Source of the DNA: Hormiphora californensis
Lineage: Eukaryota; Animalia; Ctenophora
Direction: 5' to 3'
Assembly (NCBI GenBank): GCA_020137815.1
Contig: CM035351.1
Coordinates: forward strand, 6,758,001 to 6,822,000
DNA: 64,000 bases
In this document: one piece after another, positions 45,588 through 57,600 of the stretch
Position numbering within the stretch: position 1 is the first letter of the stretch
Layout of the letters: each line of letters starts with the position of its first letter
Program-made: the position numbers and the translations under genes
The notes under the pieces: model-generated
Told to the model about the DNA's origin: nothing
Database searches by the model: none
What the model saw: the letters and a program-made list of their open reading frames with translations, nothing else

Positions 45588-45884
45588 GGTGCACCCGAAC
45601 CGAGGCTACAAGAGAATTGGGTGGTTAGTTACAAGTAGAGACGAGTGGTTAGTGGTTAGAAGTGGTTGGTTTGGTCCTGAAAAAGAGGTGCAGGGTATGT
45701 AACAGAAAGCTAAGGTATAATATTTGTGAAACATTTAAATGGGCAAAACAATGAATTGAACACAGTAATATTTACAGCAAAAACATACACGCAAAAACCA
45801 ACTAACTAACTACATCACTCTACCAGAGATTAACTACTAGAGACACTACTACTACTTTTCACTTGACTAGTAGAAGGTTTCTCA

Positions 45885-47139
45885 TCATGCACTCATAGGT
45901 ACACTGCTCTTCACAACTAGTCCCGCCTTTAGAATTGCAGTTTTCACAATTAGTTCCTGTGTTTTGAAGTTGAGTGTATCACATAGTGCAACAACATCCT
46001 TCTGAATCTGATGTCTTCTCACATTTCTTAACCGCCGTTAGAACCTTAGTTGTAACTGTCTATTTTCACCCCCTCCCCTGCTACTAGATCCATCAATTCC
46101 AAGCTCTAACGCCTCCACAGATGTGTTAAAAGCAGTTGCCATTTTCACCATATCACAACACAGGATAGGGAGCAAAGTACTGTTTCATTGATTCAGGACC
46201 GGATAAAGGAATACAGGTCGTCAATGTGGGGAGCCAGGAACAAGTCCAGTTTTAGTTCTCGTTTCAAGAGATCAAGAGATTGCAGACCAATATTGTAGCG
46301 CCGATTGTAGAAAGATAAGATACAGTTTCTGAATGGTTGGCTGCATATCCAAATACTGTTTGAAGTTGTTGTTCTCGATCAATAGCCTCTGCAGATCTTT
46401 CCTTTTGAATGAAGCCAGGGCGCAGAGAGTGGTGTAAATGAGAAGTGAAAGTGGGGATATTATCTCAGTCGTTCCAGCTATCACACGGGATATTAAGGAA
46501 GGTTCGAGCTGCCTGATTATAATCTTTTAACGACATCTCTGTGAGTCCTTTAGCAAGCTGAATCCTTCTCAGGAACCTGGGATCTGTTTCATCAATATGT
46601 TCAGCCTTCTCCACATAGTTGTTAACTGATCTCCAGTGGAAGTGGTACACGTTAACCTTAATGAAGTTTAACAGGAACTCAAGAGTGTGGGTAACTGTTG
46701 AACCGTAGTCCCTACTTTTCTGGTAATACTTAGTGGCGTTGCTGAGGTCGCCACAGTCATGGAAGTGGTCTCCCAACAACTGATTAGCACGGCGGATATT
46801 CTCTTTATCTTGTGTGACCTGGTACCCCTTGATATCTTGCTCCAGCCTGTCGACCTTGTTCAGCATGAATTTGGAAGTCTGAGTGATCCATTCCACGTTG
46901 ATTGACATCCCTTCAGAGGGACAAGTGTTGTTCAGAGCATCGACTGCATCCGTGTACACGATGATATTTTTACACTCCATCGCAGTCTGGATCAACAGGC
47001 GATAGTTCTCACTGTTTGGACGAGAGTTGTCCACGTAGAATTTTAGTCGTTGTAAGCGGCAGTTGCCAGTGTACTGAGAAATGTAAGAGTCTAGGTCCAT
47101 GCAGATAGCGCCATTGCTGTCAATTTCCATTGCCTCCAT
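45885..47139 (-). CDS. GPS1: COP9 signalosome subunit 1 (PCI domain), apparently intronless, indels in the 3' half
   Basis: DLDSYISQYTG..RLQRL, KENIRR..LGDHFHDCGDLSNATKYYQKSRDY, LCALASFKRKDLQ, LDLFLAPH..QYFAPY, DMVKMATAFNTSV. Confidence 0.85.
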
Positions 47140-47489
47140 CGTTGAAGAGCTAGAAATGACGGTTTAGAGTATTTTGTAGACGGGAGAAACGAGAAAAATC
47201 TACACTAGCAAGAAGGTAGACAGGTAGGGAACCACGAACGAGCGTAACCGAGGTTCATGCGGGAGGGGAGGACGCAGGAATTGAGAATTCGCAAAACTCG
47301 GGTTTGAAAAAGTGCCGCAATTTGGCAAAAAGTTCAAATCGACCGACGCGTCGAGTTGCACGCGCGCAGAGCTGAAGCCGAGCAAATGCGCGCATCAACA
47401 AAATGCATTGTAAATAAATAAATCTCGCCGCTTTAATAAACCTTGTCTTTTTGTGACTATTTGTGCCTATCTGTCTGTATATTCTGTCT

Positions 47490-48170
47490 CTGACTGTCCC
47501 TGACTGTCTCTGTCTGTCTCTGTCTGTCTCTGTCTGTCTCTGTCTGTCTCTGTCTGTCTCTGTCTGTCTCTGTCTGTCTCTGTCTGTCTCTGTCTCTGTC
47601 TGTCTCTGTCTGTCTCTGTCTGTCTCTGCCTGTCTCTGCATGTCTCTGTCTGTCTCTGTCTGTCTCTGTCTGTCTCTGTCTGTCTCTATCTGTCTCTGTC
47701 TATCTCTGTCTATCTCTGTCTGTCTCTGTCTGTCTCTGTCCGTCTCTGTCTGTCTCTATCTGTCTCTGTCTATCTCTCATGTCTATCTCTGTCTGTCTCT
47801 GTCTGTCTCTGTCTGTCTCTGTCACAGACAGTGTCTGTCTTTGTCTGTCTCTGGCTGTCTCTGTATATCTCTGTCTGTCTTTGTCTGTCTCTGGCTGTCT
47901 CTGTCTGTCTCTGTCTGCCTCTGTCTGCCTCTGTCTGTCTCTGACTGTCTCTGACTGTCTATTTCTGACTGCCTCTGTCCGTCTCTTTCTGTCTCTGTAT
48001 ATCCCTGTCTGTCCCTGTCTATGTCTCTGTCTGTCACTCTGCCTCTGTCTGTCTGTCTCTGTCTGTTTCTGCCTGTCTCTGTCTGTCTCTGTCTGTCTCT
48101 TCTGTCTATGTCTGTCTCTGACTGTCTCTGTCTGTCTCTATCTGTCTCTGTATTTTTTGTCTCTTTCACT
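47490..48170. repeat. Compound (TGTC/TCTGTC)n simple repeat
   Basis: Direct observation; source of the spurious SLSVSVCL/QRQTETDR ORFs. Confidence 0.95.
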
Positions 48171-49136
48171 TTCTCTATCTTCTTGGTGCTCCATAACATA
48201 AAATTAGTAATATCATCCTGCGAAACAGTTCCAAAGTAGTACTGATAAGAATATGCTTTTACTTTTGAACAACACCCGTATAAATTCCATATGACTAGTA
48301 GCCACGAAGTACTTTCTTCTGAGAATTGTGGTATACACATGGTGGTATAATCACATTCCGCTTGCCCCTCAAGTGCTGCCGACCTCTCGGCCGCGTTGTA
48401 ATGTGATATGCGAACATGCCTCAAACCCCATTAGAGGTGAGAGGGACAGGGAGAAATGCCCCAGTGTGATTTGCTACGTATGTGCTCTGCTGCACATTAT
48501 TGTTTTTTCAAATAAAATCAGTACTCAATTGATCTTTTTAGCTCAGTGACCGTTTCGATTTTCCTCGTTTCGATTTTATCAGCCACCTTTTTTAGTGCTG
48601 GCATGGTACAGTTCCGTGTTGGTTCGGGAGGTCATGTTACGTTTTATTAGTCTGAGTCATGGCCTAAATAGGCTAAAATCTTGAGTCCTGACCTTTGTAA
48701 TCTGAATAATATTATTAGGTCATTGGTACAGCATCACTAGAAACATGACTACAAGTGCTATTATTACAATCTCTGGCCGCCACCCTTTATTATTCTCCGC
48801 CCCAATATTCCCATGATGCTGTTTTGCTGCTCCAGCCCTCTGTCAGGCCCTCCCTCTCTCTGATCTTTACTGGTCCTAATGACGCTATAACAGCAGCTGT
48901 GCTAGAAACACTCTTGACTTCTCCTCACCCTTGTTTCTCTCTTTACTTCTTAGCATGGGAGATAGAGAGAGAGGCGGATTAAGAGTCACCCTCTCTCTCT
49001 CTCTCTACCAACCTGTTGTTACTTTAACCCATTCTCCAGATCTATTTGTAGCTGTCTGATACTGATACAAAAACACCTGGCGTTCCGGTGGTCAACCTGC
49101 AGCTGATAATCCCTCTCCCTGTCTGCTTCAGTAATT

Positions 49137-50538
49137 ATGACTTACATTGTGAACATTACCAACTCGACCTCTCCACAAGAGGACTACGGGAACGCGATAA
49201 TGTATAAACGGGACCCAACCAACTTTCTCTACGGCTCCCTGACTCTCTTCTCCTTCCTGTTTGGTTCACCTCTCAACCTCCTCTCACTCTACTACTTCTG
49301 TAGAAAACCCAAGCACCTCTCAACCCTTGTTTACATCCCCATCACCCTGGTTGATGTGGTGATATGCCTGCTAGCTGGTCCCGTGGCCTACTCGTACCTA
49401 GCAGAGAGGGACCCTGGCTTGTTCTCTGTGTCTGTCTTCTGTCAACTGTGGGGGAACCTGTGGAACGCAATGGCACGGATGTCTGTATTCCTCGTGGCAG
49501 TTCTCAGTATTTCCAGGACTCTCTCCATGAGATATCCCTTCAGAAGGATCAGTAAGAGGAAGATAGTGGCGCTGATAATCGTGTATTCTGTGATCCAGGT
49601 CGTCCAAAGCACCATTCCCTACTGGTTTGGGGCCGTCTACCACTACTATGACACCCATATTCAGTGTCAGTGGTTCTCTCATGTGAGTAGAGATAGGATA
49701 TTGATTTTTGTGTGATATCAAATTTCTAAATTTCTTTACTTTTCCTTCACTTAAACTTGAAAGGTACTGGGAAAGTACCCAACCAAAACCCACTAAAACT
49801 CCAAATCCCCCTCTAACCACCCTTCCTTCCTCCCAGGAGATTGAAGGTATCAGGGACAGGAACCTCGTCAAGATATTCTACAGCATCCTAATGTTCCTAG
49901 AGATGGCCCTACCAGTTCCTCCCATTATTATCAGCTGTCTAATCTCCGTCAGAGAGCTCCACAAAAACACTGGGACTTCGAAACAAGCTGTCACCCGGAC
50001 AGTGATTCTCTTCACCCTGACCTACATTGTTTTCAACATCCCATTCTGTACCTATTTCACCCTCGCCAATGTGGACAGATTTACCGGATTTCAGTACCAC
50101 TTTTTCGGGTTCGACGAGCCCAGCCACAATTTCCGGAGTTTCGTGGTCCTGATCAGTGTGATTTTGAACAGTACCGCTAACCCTGTGGTGTATCTGTGCC
50201 GGTTCAGGAGACTCAGACAGTTTATGGAGAGCCTGGTTGGGGGTCAGGGAGTGGGGCCTAACGTGTTCAATAGCACTGCCAGTGATTACCCCCGACCTGG
50301 TCGGGTGAGCATGGGAGTGGGACCTAGAATCAGTGTTGTGACCACTAGCCCTACCCTTCAGGGACTATCAAGAAGTCTGGGACCCAGGGCAGGGAGGAGG
50401 GTAAACCTGGTAGCAGGGACGATGAGCCTGGGTAAGGCATCTGGGGCTCGATTTGGATCTAGGAGCCCCAGTATGCCTTTAGTGATTGTGAACAATGCTG
50501 CTGAGACATTTTCTAACATTGGGGGAGGGCCTGATTGA
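49137..50538 (+). CDS. Rhodopsin-like (class A) GPCR, 2 exons (49137-49682, 49837-50538)
   Basis: Seven hydrophobic segments. TM1 PLN, TM2 LVD, TM3 Cys plus ISRT (DRY variant), ECL2 Cys, TM6 FNIP, TM7 NSTANPVVY. Phase-0 intron. Confidence 0.88.
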
Positions 50539-50844
50539 GTTTCGAGTGTTTTTGATACCATTTACCAAGTCCACTGTGTGTGCCACACACTTGTAATTGT
50601 GATCGAGTTTGGATACCACCTCACAGCCAACATTTTGTGTGATTGAGTTTCGTGTGAGTTGCCACATATTCATATTGTAGGGCGCCAAATGCAGTAGCCC
50701 TGTCACTGTCAGGCTCACATATGAAAATGAGTTAGGCTCGTGTGTGTATGGTACAGAAATGCGGATGTTGTACACTAAATATGTGAAGGGACAGCTGCTT
50801 CCATATGGTGATGCCATGTGCGTTTTATTTCTCCAGTTCGTAGT

Positions 50845-51019
50845 TACAAATCCCGGTGAAAGAGAGAGGGGGTGAGAGGAGGGACTGCTGTTTGGCGGAG
50901 CCGACCCCGTCTTAATTCCCCAGCGTGATAGTGCGCTCAGATCGGGTCAGCGCCGCCAGACAGCTGAACTGTCGGCAAAAGAGGGAGGAAGGAGAAGAAT
51001 TGTTTCACCGGGATTTGTA
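50845..51019. mobile_element. Small MITE with perfect 17-bp inverted ends
   Basis: TACAAATCCCGGTGAAA (50845-50861) / TTTCACCGGGATTTGTA (51003-51019); the terminal TA may be a TSD. Confidence 0.6.
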
Positions 51020-51696
51020 TTCTGTAAACTCAAAACAAGGTTCTTATTAATTGGAAAACAGTAAACGCAAACGTTAAACAGTAAACGTTCTACAAAAACG
51101 CTGAAAGTTCAGGCAAATCAAATGTGGGAGTAACTCTCAAAAACACAAACACAAACACAAAAAACACGTAAAAAACTACAAAATAAGGTCCTGCAGGGTC
51201 GGCATAAATAAAAACACAACAAAAATAAAATAAGTTCGGTATAAATACAGACAGGGTCACATACAAAAGAAGGACAGAACTCGCCCACAAAAGAAGCTGT
51301 TACAGTTGGGTTGCGATGCCAACTTGTTGCCTCTCTCGGTTCGCAACAGGAGAGCTCTGGCCCTCTAAAAGTCTCTAAAACAAAAAAAACTGATGTCTAC
51401 AGATTCACCAGACCAGCTGGTGAGTTAAACTAAAGAAAACTAAAGCTAATACAGAGTGTCCATGGCAACGAGAATTCACCCTGGCAACAGGGTTCATCTC
51501 GTCACCGGTTTAAAATACAGAGTTCGTTTACAAAGTGTGCACGTGTGCAGGACATGCAGCAGAGATCCCACACGGTGCACGTTTACAGGTGGTCGAGTGA
51601 CGTCACAGAACATCGCGCTATGACGTCACCATGGCAACCACCACGTCACGTTGTGACATCACCATGGTAACCACGTGACGTCACGTCGTGACGTCA

Positions 51697-54600
51697 TTAC
51701 ACGTTGTCAAAGTCCGGTTCGTTAAAGCTCGGGTTGGTTGTTCCGTGGGAGGTCTCCTCCAGTTCAATATCCAGTTGGGCCTGGGAGAGGTTGTGGGGTG
51801 TTAGACAGTGGTTTGGTAGGCCAGCTTTTTAAAGATACTTGTTTGCAAACCAGTCACACTGAACTAACATCGAACGGCAACATACGCCGCCCTTCCCTCA
51901 ACTTACCGTATTCTCGGCAGGGTCGTCATACATAGGGTTCATGAACCCACGTGGGGCCGAGGTGGCGGGAGCAGTACCCCCATATCCCACATCAGCAGCC
52001 GTTACATTGGGGTTACTGAGAACCAGTCGTGGTGTTTCACCGGCTGTGTTGTTCCTGTGTCTAATGAATAGTAGCACTCCAACAATTAGGAATACAGCCA
52101 CCACTCCTCCAATCACTCCTGGGAGAAGAAGAGGGTTAGGGGCTAGGAACGCAGATAAGATGAGATGCCGAACTCTGAGCCAGAGACAAAATGAGACCAT
52201 AACTGACCCATAATCAAATGATTTTGAACGTACCGATGACACTGAGAGTTCCAGTAGAGAGGCCATCCTGTTTCTGTGACTTGTGACAATCACCCACAGC
52301 CTCGGCCCCCTTATCATCGGTAGTAGTACCATCGGGACAAGCGAGACAGCTGGTTTGGGCAGATTGGGGTTGGTAGGTTCCAATGTCACACATCTGGCAG
52401 TCCCCAGAATCGGTCTTGAATGTTCCAGGACCACAGGGAATCTCTTCCGTAGGTGGTGCGTCTCCTGGGGAACGGGGAGAAGTGTAAGTGATTGTGGACG
52501 ATGGTAGTTTAATCTCAGTTCCAACTCGGACTGGATTCCTAAATCCTCAATTCGGCCAGACAAGTTTCGAGGAAAAGTTACCTGTGCATGCTTCAATGCT
52601 GGTAGACCCTGTCTTGGCGGTAGTTTTCCCACCAGGACATCTGTTACAATGGTAGGCTCCAGTAGCACCGCTGTAATATCCAATAGGGCAGGGTTTACAT
52701 GGCTCAGAACCACTATCTGGGTTATAGGTACCCTTATCACAGAATCCTCTACAGTCCGCAGCACTGTCTGCACCTTCCCTACCTCCCGTTCCCTTACCGC
52801 TGGGGCATGCCACGCAGCTGGACGAGGCCGTCTGGTCCTGGGAGGGGGATTAGAGGAGGAGATGTTAGACATTGTATAATCATTGCATTTGCAGAGTTCC
52901 GAGATCGTTAAATTCATGGCAATATAGGAGTACCTGATTGGCACACTTTTCCCCCCTCTTCTTTACCTGGTAGGTGTCTGCTTTGCAGGGGGTGCACTGT
53001 TTCTGTCCAGTCTGGTCCTGGTAACTGCCCGCTGCACAATCAGTACAGGGTGTCTTCCCAGTGACCGCATTATAAGTGCCCCTATCACAAGGAGCTGCTG
53101 GGTAGTGGCACTGCGTCTTACTGTTGCTACCCTCTGTATCAGTAGTCTGGCCTGTAGGACACTTGGTACAGCTCTTCTGTCCGGGTCTGTCCTGGTAACT
53201 TCCAATGTCACACTTGGCACACCCAGGGGAGCTGCCGGTAGCTGAGTATTCTCCCTTGGGGCACAGACCATGGCAGTCGTCCTTGCTAACACTTCCTGTC
53301 TTTCCGCCTGTGTCCTGGCCTTGTGGGCACGCAATACACGCTGTCGATCCAGCACCGTTCTGAGTGGGGGGATTGGAGGTCAATATTATATTGTAGTACT
53401 TGTAGTGACTCTGATTAATCAGACCAATCAAGATTTCTGAATAAGGATTCCCACCACATTTCTAACTATCTCACCTGGTATGTGTTAGCCTTGCATATCT
53501 TGCACTGTTTCTGTCCAGTTCCATCCTGGTATCTCCCAGCACCACACGGCTGACACGGCTGCTGGCCACTCAGAGAGAAGGTTCCCACTGCACAGGGGTC
53601 CGGCTGGTCGTGACACTGGGTCTGACTGATAGCTCCTGTTGTGTCCGTGGTTTGGCCATCAGGACACTTTGTACAGGCCGTCTTGCCAGTCTCGGGCTGG
53701 TATTGGCCGACAGGGCAGGGGTTACATGGTGTCTCACCTGTTGAACTGTACCGACCTGATGGACACTTCTGGGCTTTCTCTGAGAGGTGAGGGAAGTGGG
53801 TTATAGACAATGGAATCCTAATGAAAATGATATCAAAATAAAGTTGTCGCTGTTATAAAAAAACTTGAACAGTTTCAATCAGTCGGATAAAATTATTTGT
53901 CGCGTACGTTGAATGTTGACATGAGCAGTTGCAGTTGCCGATCCTTTGGAGTTGGAAGCAATACAAGTGTACATCCCAGAATCGGTGAGACGGGAATCAG
54001 TGATGTCCAGAATCTTGCCACCTTCCCCTGTTTGTTTTATCCTGCCCTTGTCTGTGGGAGAAGAGGGGTTGTTGAATAGTTTTTAGAGAATTACTGAGTT
54101 GATATTTCAAGATCTGAATTTAGAACTGCAGCTACTAATCGTAGTTTCCCACTCACCTCCGTTAATGGTGTTATTCTTGGGGTCAGTCCATTTGATAGTG
54201 GGTGTCGGATCTCCACTAACTCCACATGTCAACTTCACCTCAGCACCCACCACCCCAGTGGTATCCTTAGGTGGGTCAGTGATGGTTGCCCTACCAGTCA
54301 GAGCACAGTCCCTGAACTTCAGATCATCCACAGCTATGTCGCCCTTGTACGATTCACCCATAACTGATACCAGAGACACCTGGGAGGGGGAATTGATCGT
54401 TAAAAGATCATCAAAAAAGAAAGGATTTGTCAAATTTCTTCCCCTTAGCGAACTCTGCTCTTTGTACACTGTACCTGGAAGTTTTTGTGAGCCCCGATGG
54501 TGACAGGGAACTGTTTCCAGCCCTGACCGTGATCTCCAGTCTCGTTAAACACCAGGATCTTGTCCCCTCCAGAGGGGTGCACATAAACCAATAGAGATCC

Positions 54601-57600
54601 AATGTGCTCACCGTAGAGATAGGACCAGATATCGAGAACACAGGAGTCAGCAGACTGTTTGTAGAGACTACTAACCAACCTGGCTTCATCTCCCTTGTAA
54701 CCGTAGGACGCCTCAACGTACAAATAGTGACCTTGAAGGAGTGGAGATTGAGTGAAAACTGGCGCTTTTCGGGAATTTTCTACCCTCTTCTAAGCTAATA
54801 TGGACACATTGTATTCAGTAAGGTCCTCCACATACAATCACATTGACCGTGTGTAATTACACACACCTGTCCACTAGCTCCCATATCATGACTACTCACC
54901 GTCAGCATCGTTCTTGGTGTGATCATTGTCAGGTCCGGTGTGATCTGAACTAGTGGGACCTTGATGTATCTCCCACTCCTGGTCAGCGGTGTGATCGTTA
55001 ATCCATCCACACAGAGAACCACCTTCAAAGTCACACGCCACCGCTATGAAAAGAGAGGGAGAGAGAGTTAGTTAAAGATTGTGGTCTGGGAAAGGTGTAA
55101 AATCGGTTGTCTAACATCTTCAAAAGACGTCGTCGTTCAACCGTTTGCTCCTTCATAAATATTTTCATACTTTTGCTCCTTCATAAAACTAAACAATACA
55201 CTCACGACAATCAGCCTCATCAGATCCATCCTTGCAGTTCTTCTCAAAGTCACACTCGCTATCCACCGATACACAGGTCTTGTCGTCACACGTGAAGGAG
55301 TTCTGACCACAGCTGCTCTTAACTGTTTTAGGGGAGTTGAGGGTTAGAGAAAGGCTGGAAAAGTTTCATTGCGACATGTTGAGAAGTCTCTCGGGGCTAC
55401 TAGATCTAGGATTAGGAGGGGGATACTAACCATGGCATCCGACAATAGAGACATCATCAATAGCAATATCTCCCTCGTAACTAGAGCCAGCGTATCCAGT
55501 AATCAGTATCCTAAACTCGCTGCTGGCAGGTAGGGACCATGTACCCCTCTGCCACCCATCCGCCTCTGCAGTCAGGTTACCAAGGGTGGTCGTACCATTA
55601 GCGGTCTCTGTCTGGAGTGCTAGAGCTCCAATAGTTCGACCCTGTAGAGAAAGGGAGGTTTGAGGGATAAGAATATCTGGGATTGAGTGCAGGGTTTTGT
55701 TGGGTTTTTTAAGACGACATAAAATGTATGTTGGTATTCACCCACAACCCAGTCCACTACATACCTGCATGTGATAGTAGAGGGACAGTACACAGTTGGT
55801 TCCAGTAATTCCGAACCAGTGACTCCTCACTATGGCCCTATCTCCCAACTCCCTTGGGCTACTAGTCTCAATGTACAGATACCACCCCTCAGGGGTCAGG
55901 GTAGTGTGGTCCACCTGGGGCCCAGTTCCAAAACTGGCTGTCTCACCCTGGAACCTTGTCCAGTCAAAGTCGTCCCCAGTGGCAGAGTTGTGCCATCCAC
56001 ACATACCCTCCTCAAAGTTACAGTTCGCCTCTGTAGAGAGGGGGGTGGGGGTGAATAATAGTTACTTGGGAGGTGTCGAAATATTACACTTCTGGGAAAA
56101 TAAAAGTTATAACAAGGAACAAGGAGTAAAAGCAAAGTGGTCCCAGGAAAATTTATAGAAAACCACGTACCACAGAATCGTTCGTCTGATTCGTCATAAC
56201 AGTCCGCTACCAGATCACATAGCTTATCAGCGCTGATACACTGCCCGTTGTAGCACTTGAACTCATTTACTGGGTCACAATCACCAAGCTCTGGGGAGCG
56301 GGAAGGGATGGGGTTAGAAACTAGAGAAAACTTGAAAGGAAATGATGTCTCATAAGATTTAGAAAAGATCCTAAATACAGCTGTAGTATTTATTTCGTTG
56401 TGACAAGATCTAGACAATATTTGGACCCAAAACTCATTGTTCTACTCACGTGCACTACACTGTCCAAAGTTGACATCATCAATGGCAATATCTCCCATGT
56501 AACCTGCACCAACTGTACCCACAAACTCGTATCTGACCACTTGGTAACTGCCCACATAGACACCAGCCCTCTGCCAGTCAGGTCCCATATCCCTACCTCC
56601 CTTCTCCCACACCATCTCTCTGTTACCATATCTATCCAGCTGGAATACCTGGTAGAGGGTGTTAGTTGGATGATATCATACAACTCAAACCATACAGCTA
56701 AAGTTTTTTCAAGAAATGAATCCATGCCCCATTATGGTAACCTCTAATCGTTAGTCGTTGCTATGGTAACCCACTCCCTAGTTACCTCTAAGTTTCCGAT
56801 ATGTTGCCCGTTCATGTGATACCAGAAGGACATGAAACACCTGCTCCCAGTATACTGGATATTGGGTGACTTCACTGCAGCCATATCTCCTGGTTTCCTC
56901 GGACTGCTGCTCTCAATGTAGATGTACGTGCCAGATTGGGTACCGGTGGTATGGTCTGACTCGGGTCCAGTCATCCAGCTAGGAGAGTAACCCTGCCTTC
57001 GGGTCCAGTTGAACTGGGTACCTGGGGGATGGGATATTAGTGACACAGTTCAAATGTGACTACTTAATTAGTACTGAATATTTTACAGCAAAAGATCCTT
57101 GAACCCGCCTTGGCTATAATCTAGATCACTTCAGAGTCATGTTCATTACCTGCAAGGTCATCTCTCCAGTCACAGTTAGATCCCTCAAAGTCACAGCTAC
57201 CGGGGCAGTAATGTTCATCGGACCGATCGAAACAGTCGAAGTTGGAATCACAGGCAAGCTTGTAGGGGACACACTGTCCACTATCACACACATATTCCTC
57301 TCCGGTACAGATTGGTTGTTCTGAGGAAATGAGGGGGAGATTAGTATAGAGATGCTGTTGGGGAAAGGGACGGGTAGGGATGGTGTTTAGTTGGGTTTTG
57401 GGAGTTGCCCAATAAGCTCAAAGCTGCATGGAATGGTTTTGGGGAAAGAGGTTGTCTATCAGTTTTGCATAGAGAAGTAATAAACCAACCCCTCCACTAA
57501 CCGTTCATTCCACAGTGTAGGAACTCTATATCATCCAACGCGATATCTCCCTGATAGTTGCTACCCCTCACTGCCTCAAACGTTATGGTAACATCATCAG

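Noticed and set aside
39500-46500. Frameshifts in SNRNP200 (~39514, ~39718, ~42960, ~43350, ~44520-44580) and GPS1 (~46000-46470) as pseudogenisation or programmed frameshifting
   Set aside because: Essential genes, otherwise highly conserved; clustered single-base indels fit consensus errors. The Sec TGA differs: it is a substitution at a conserved Cys and has an independent SECIS.
47255-48424. Long ORFs of ER/SL/QRQTETDR repeats (also 5576, 7676-8121, 31641-33181)
   Set aside because: Translations of microsatellites.
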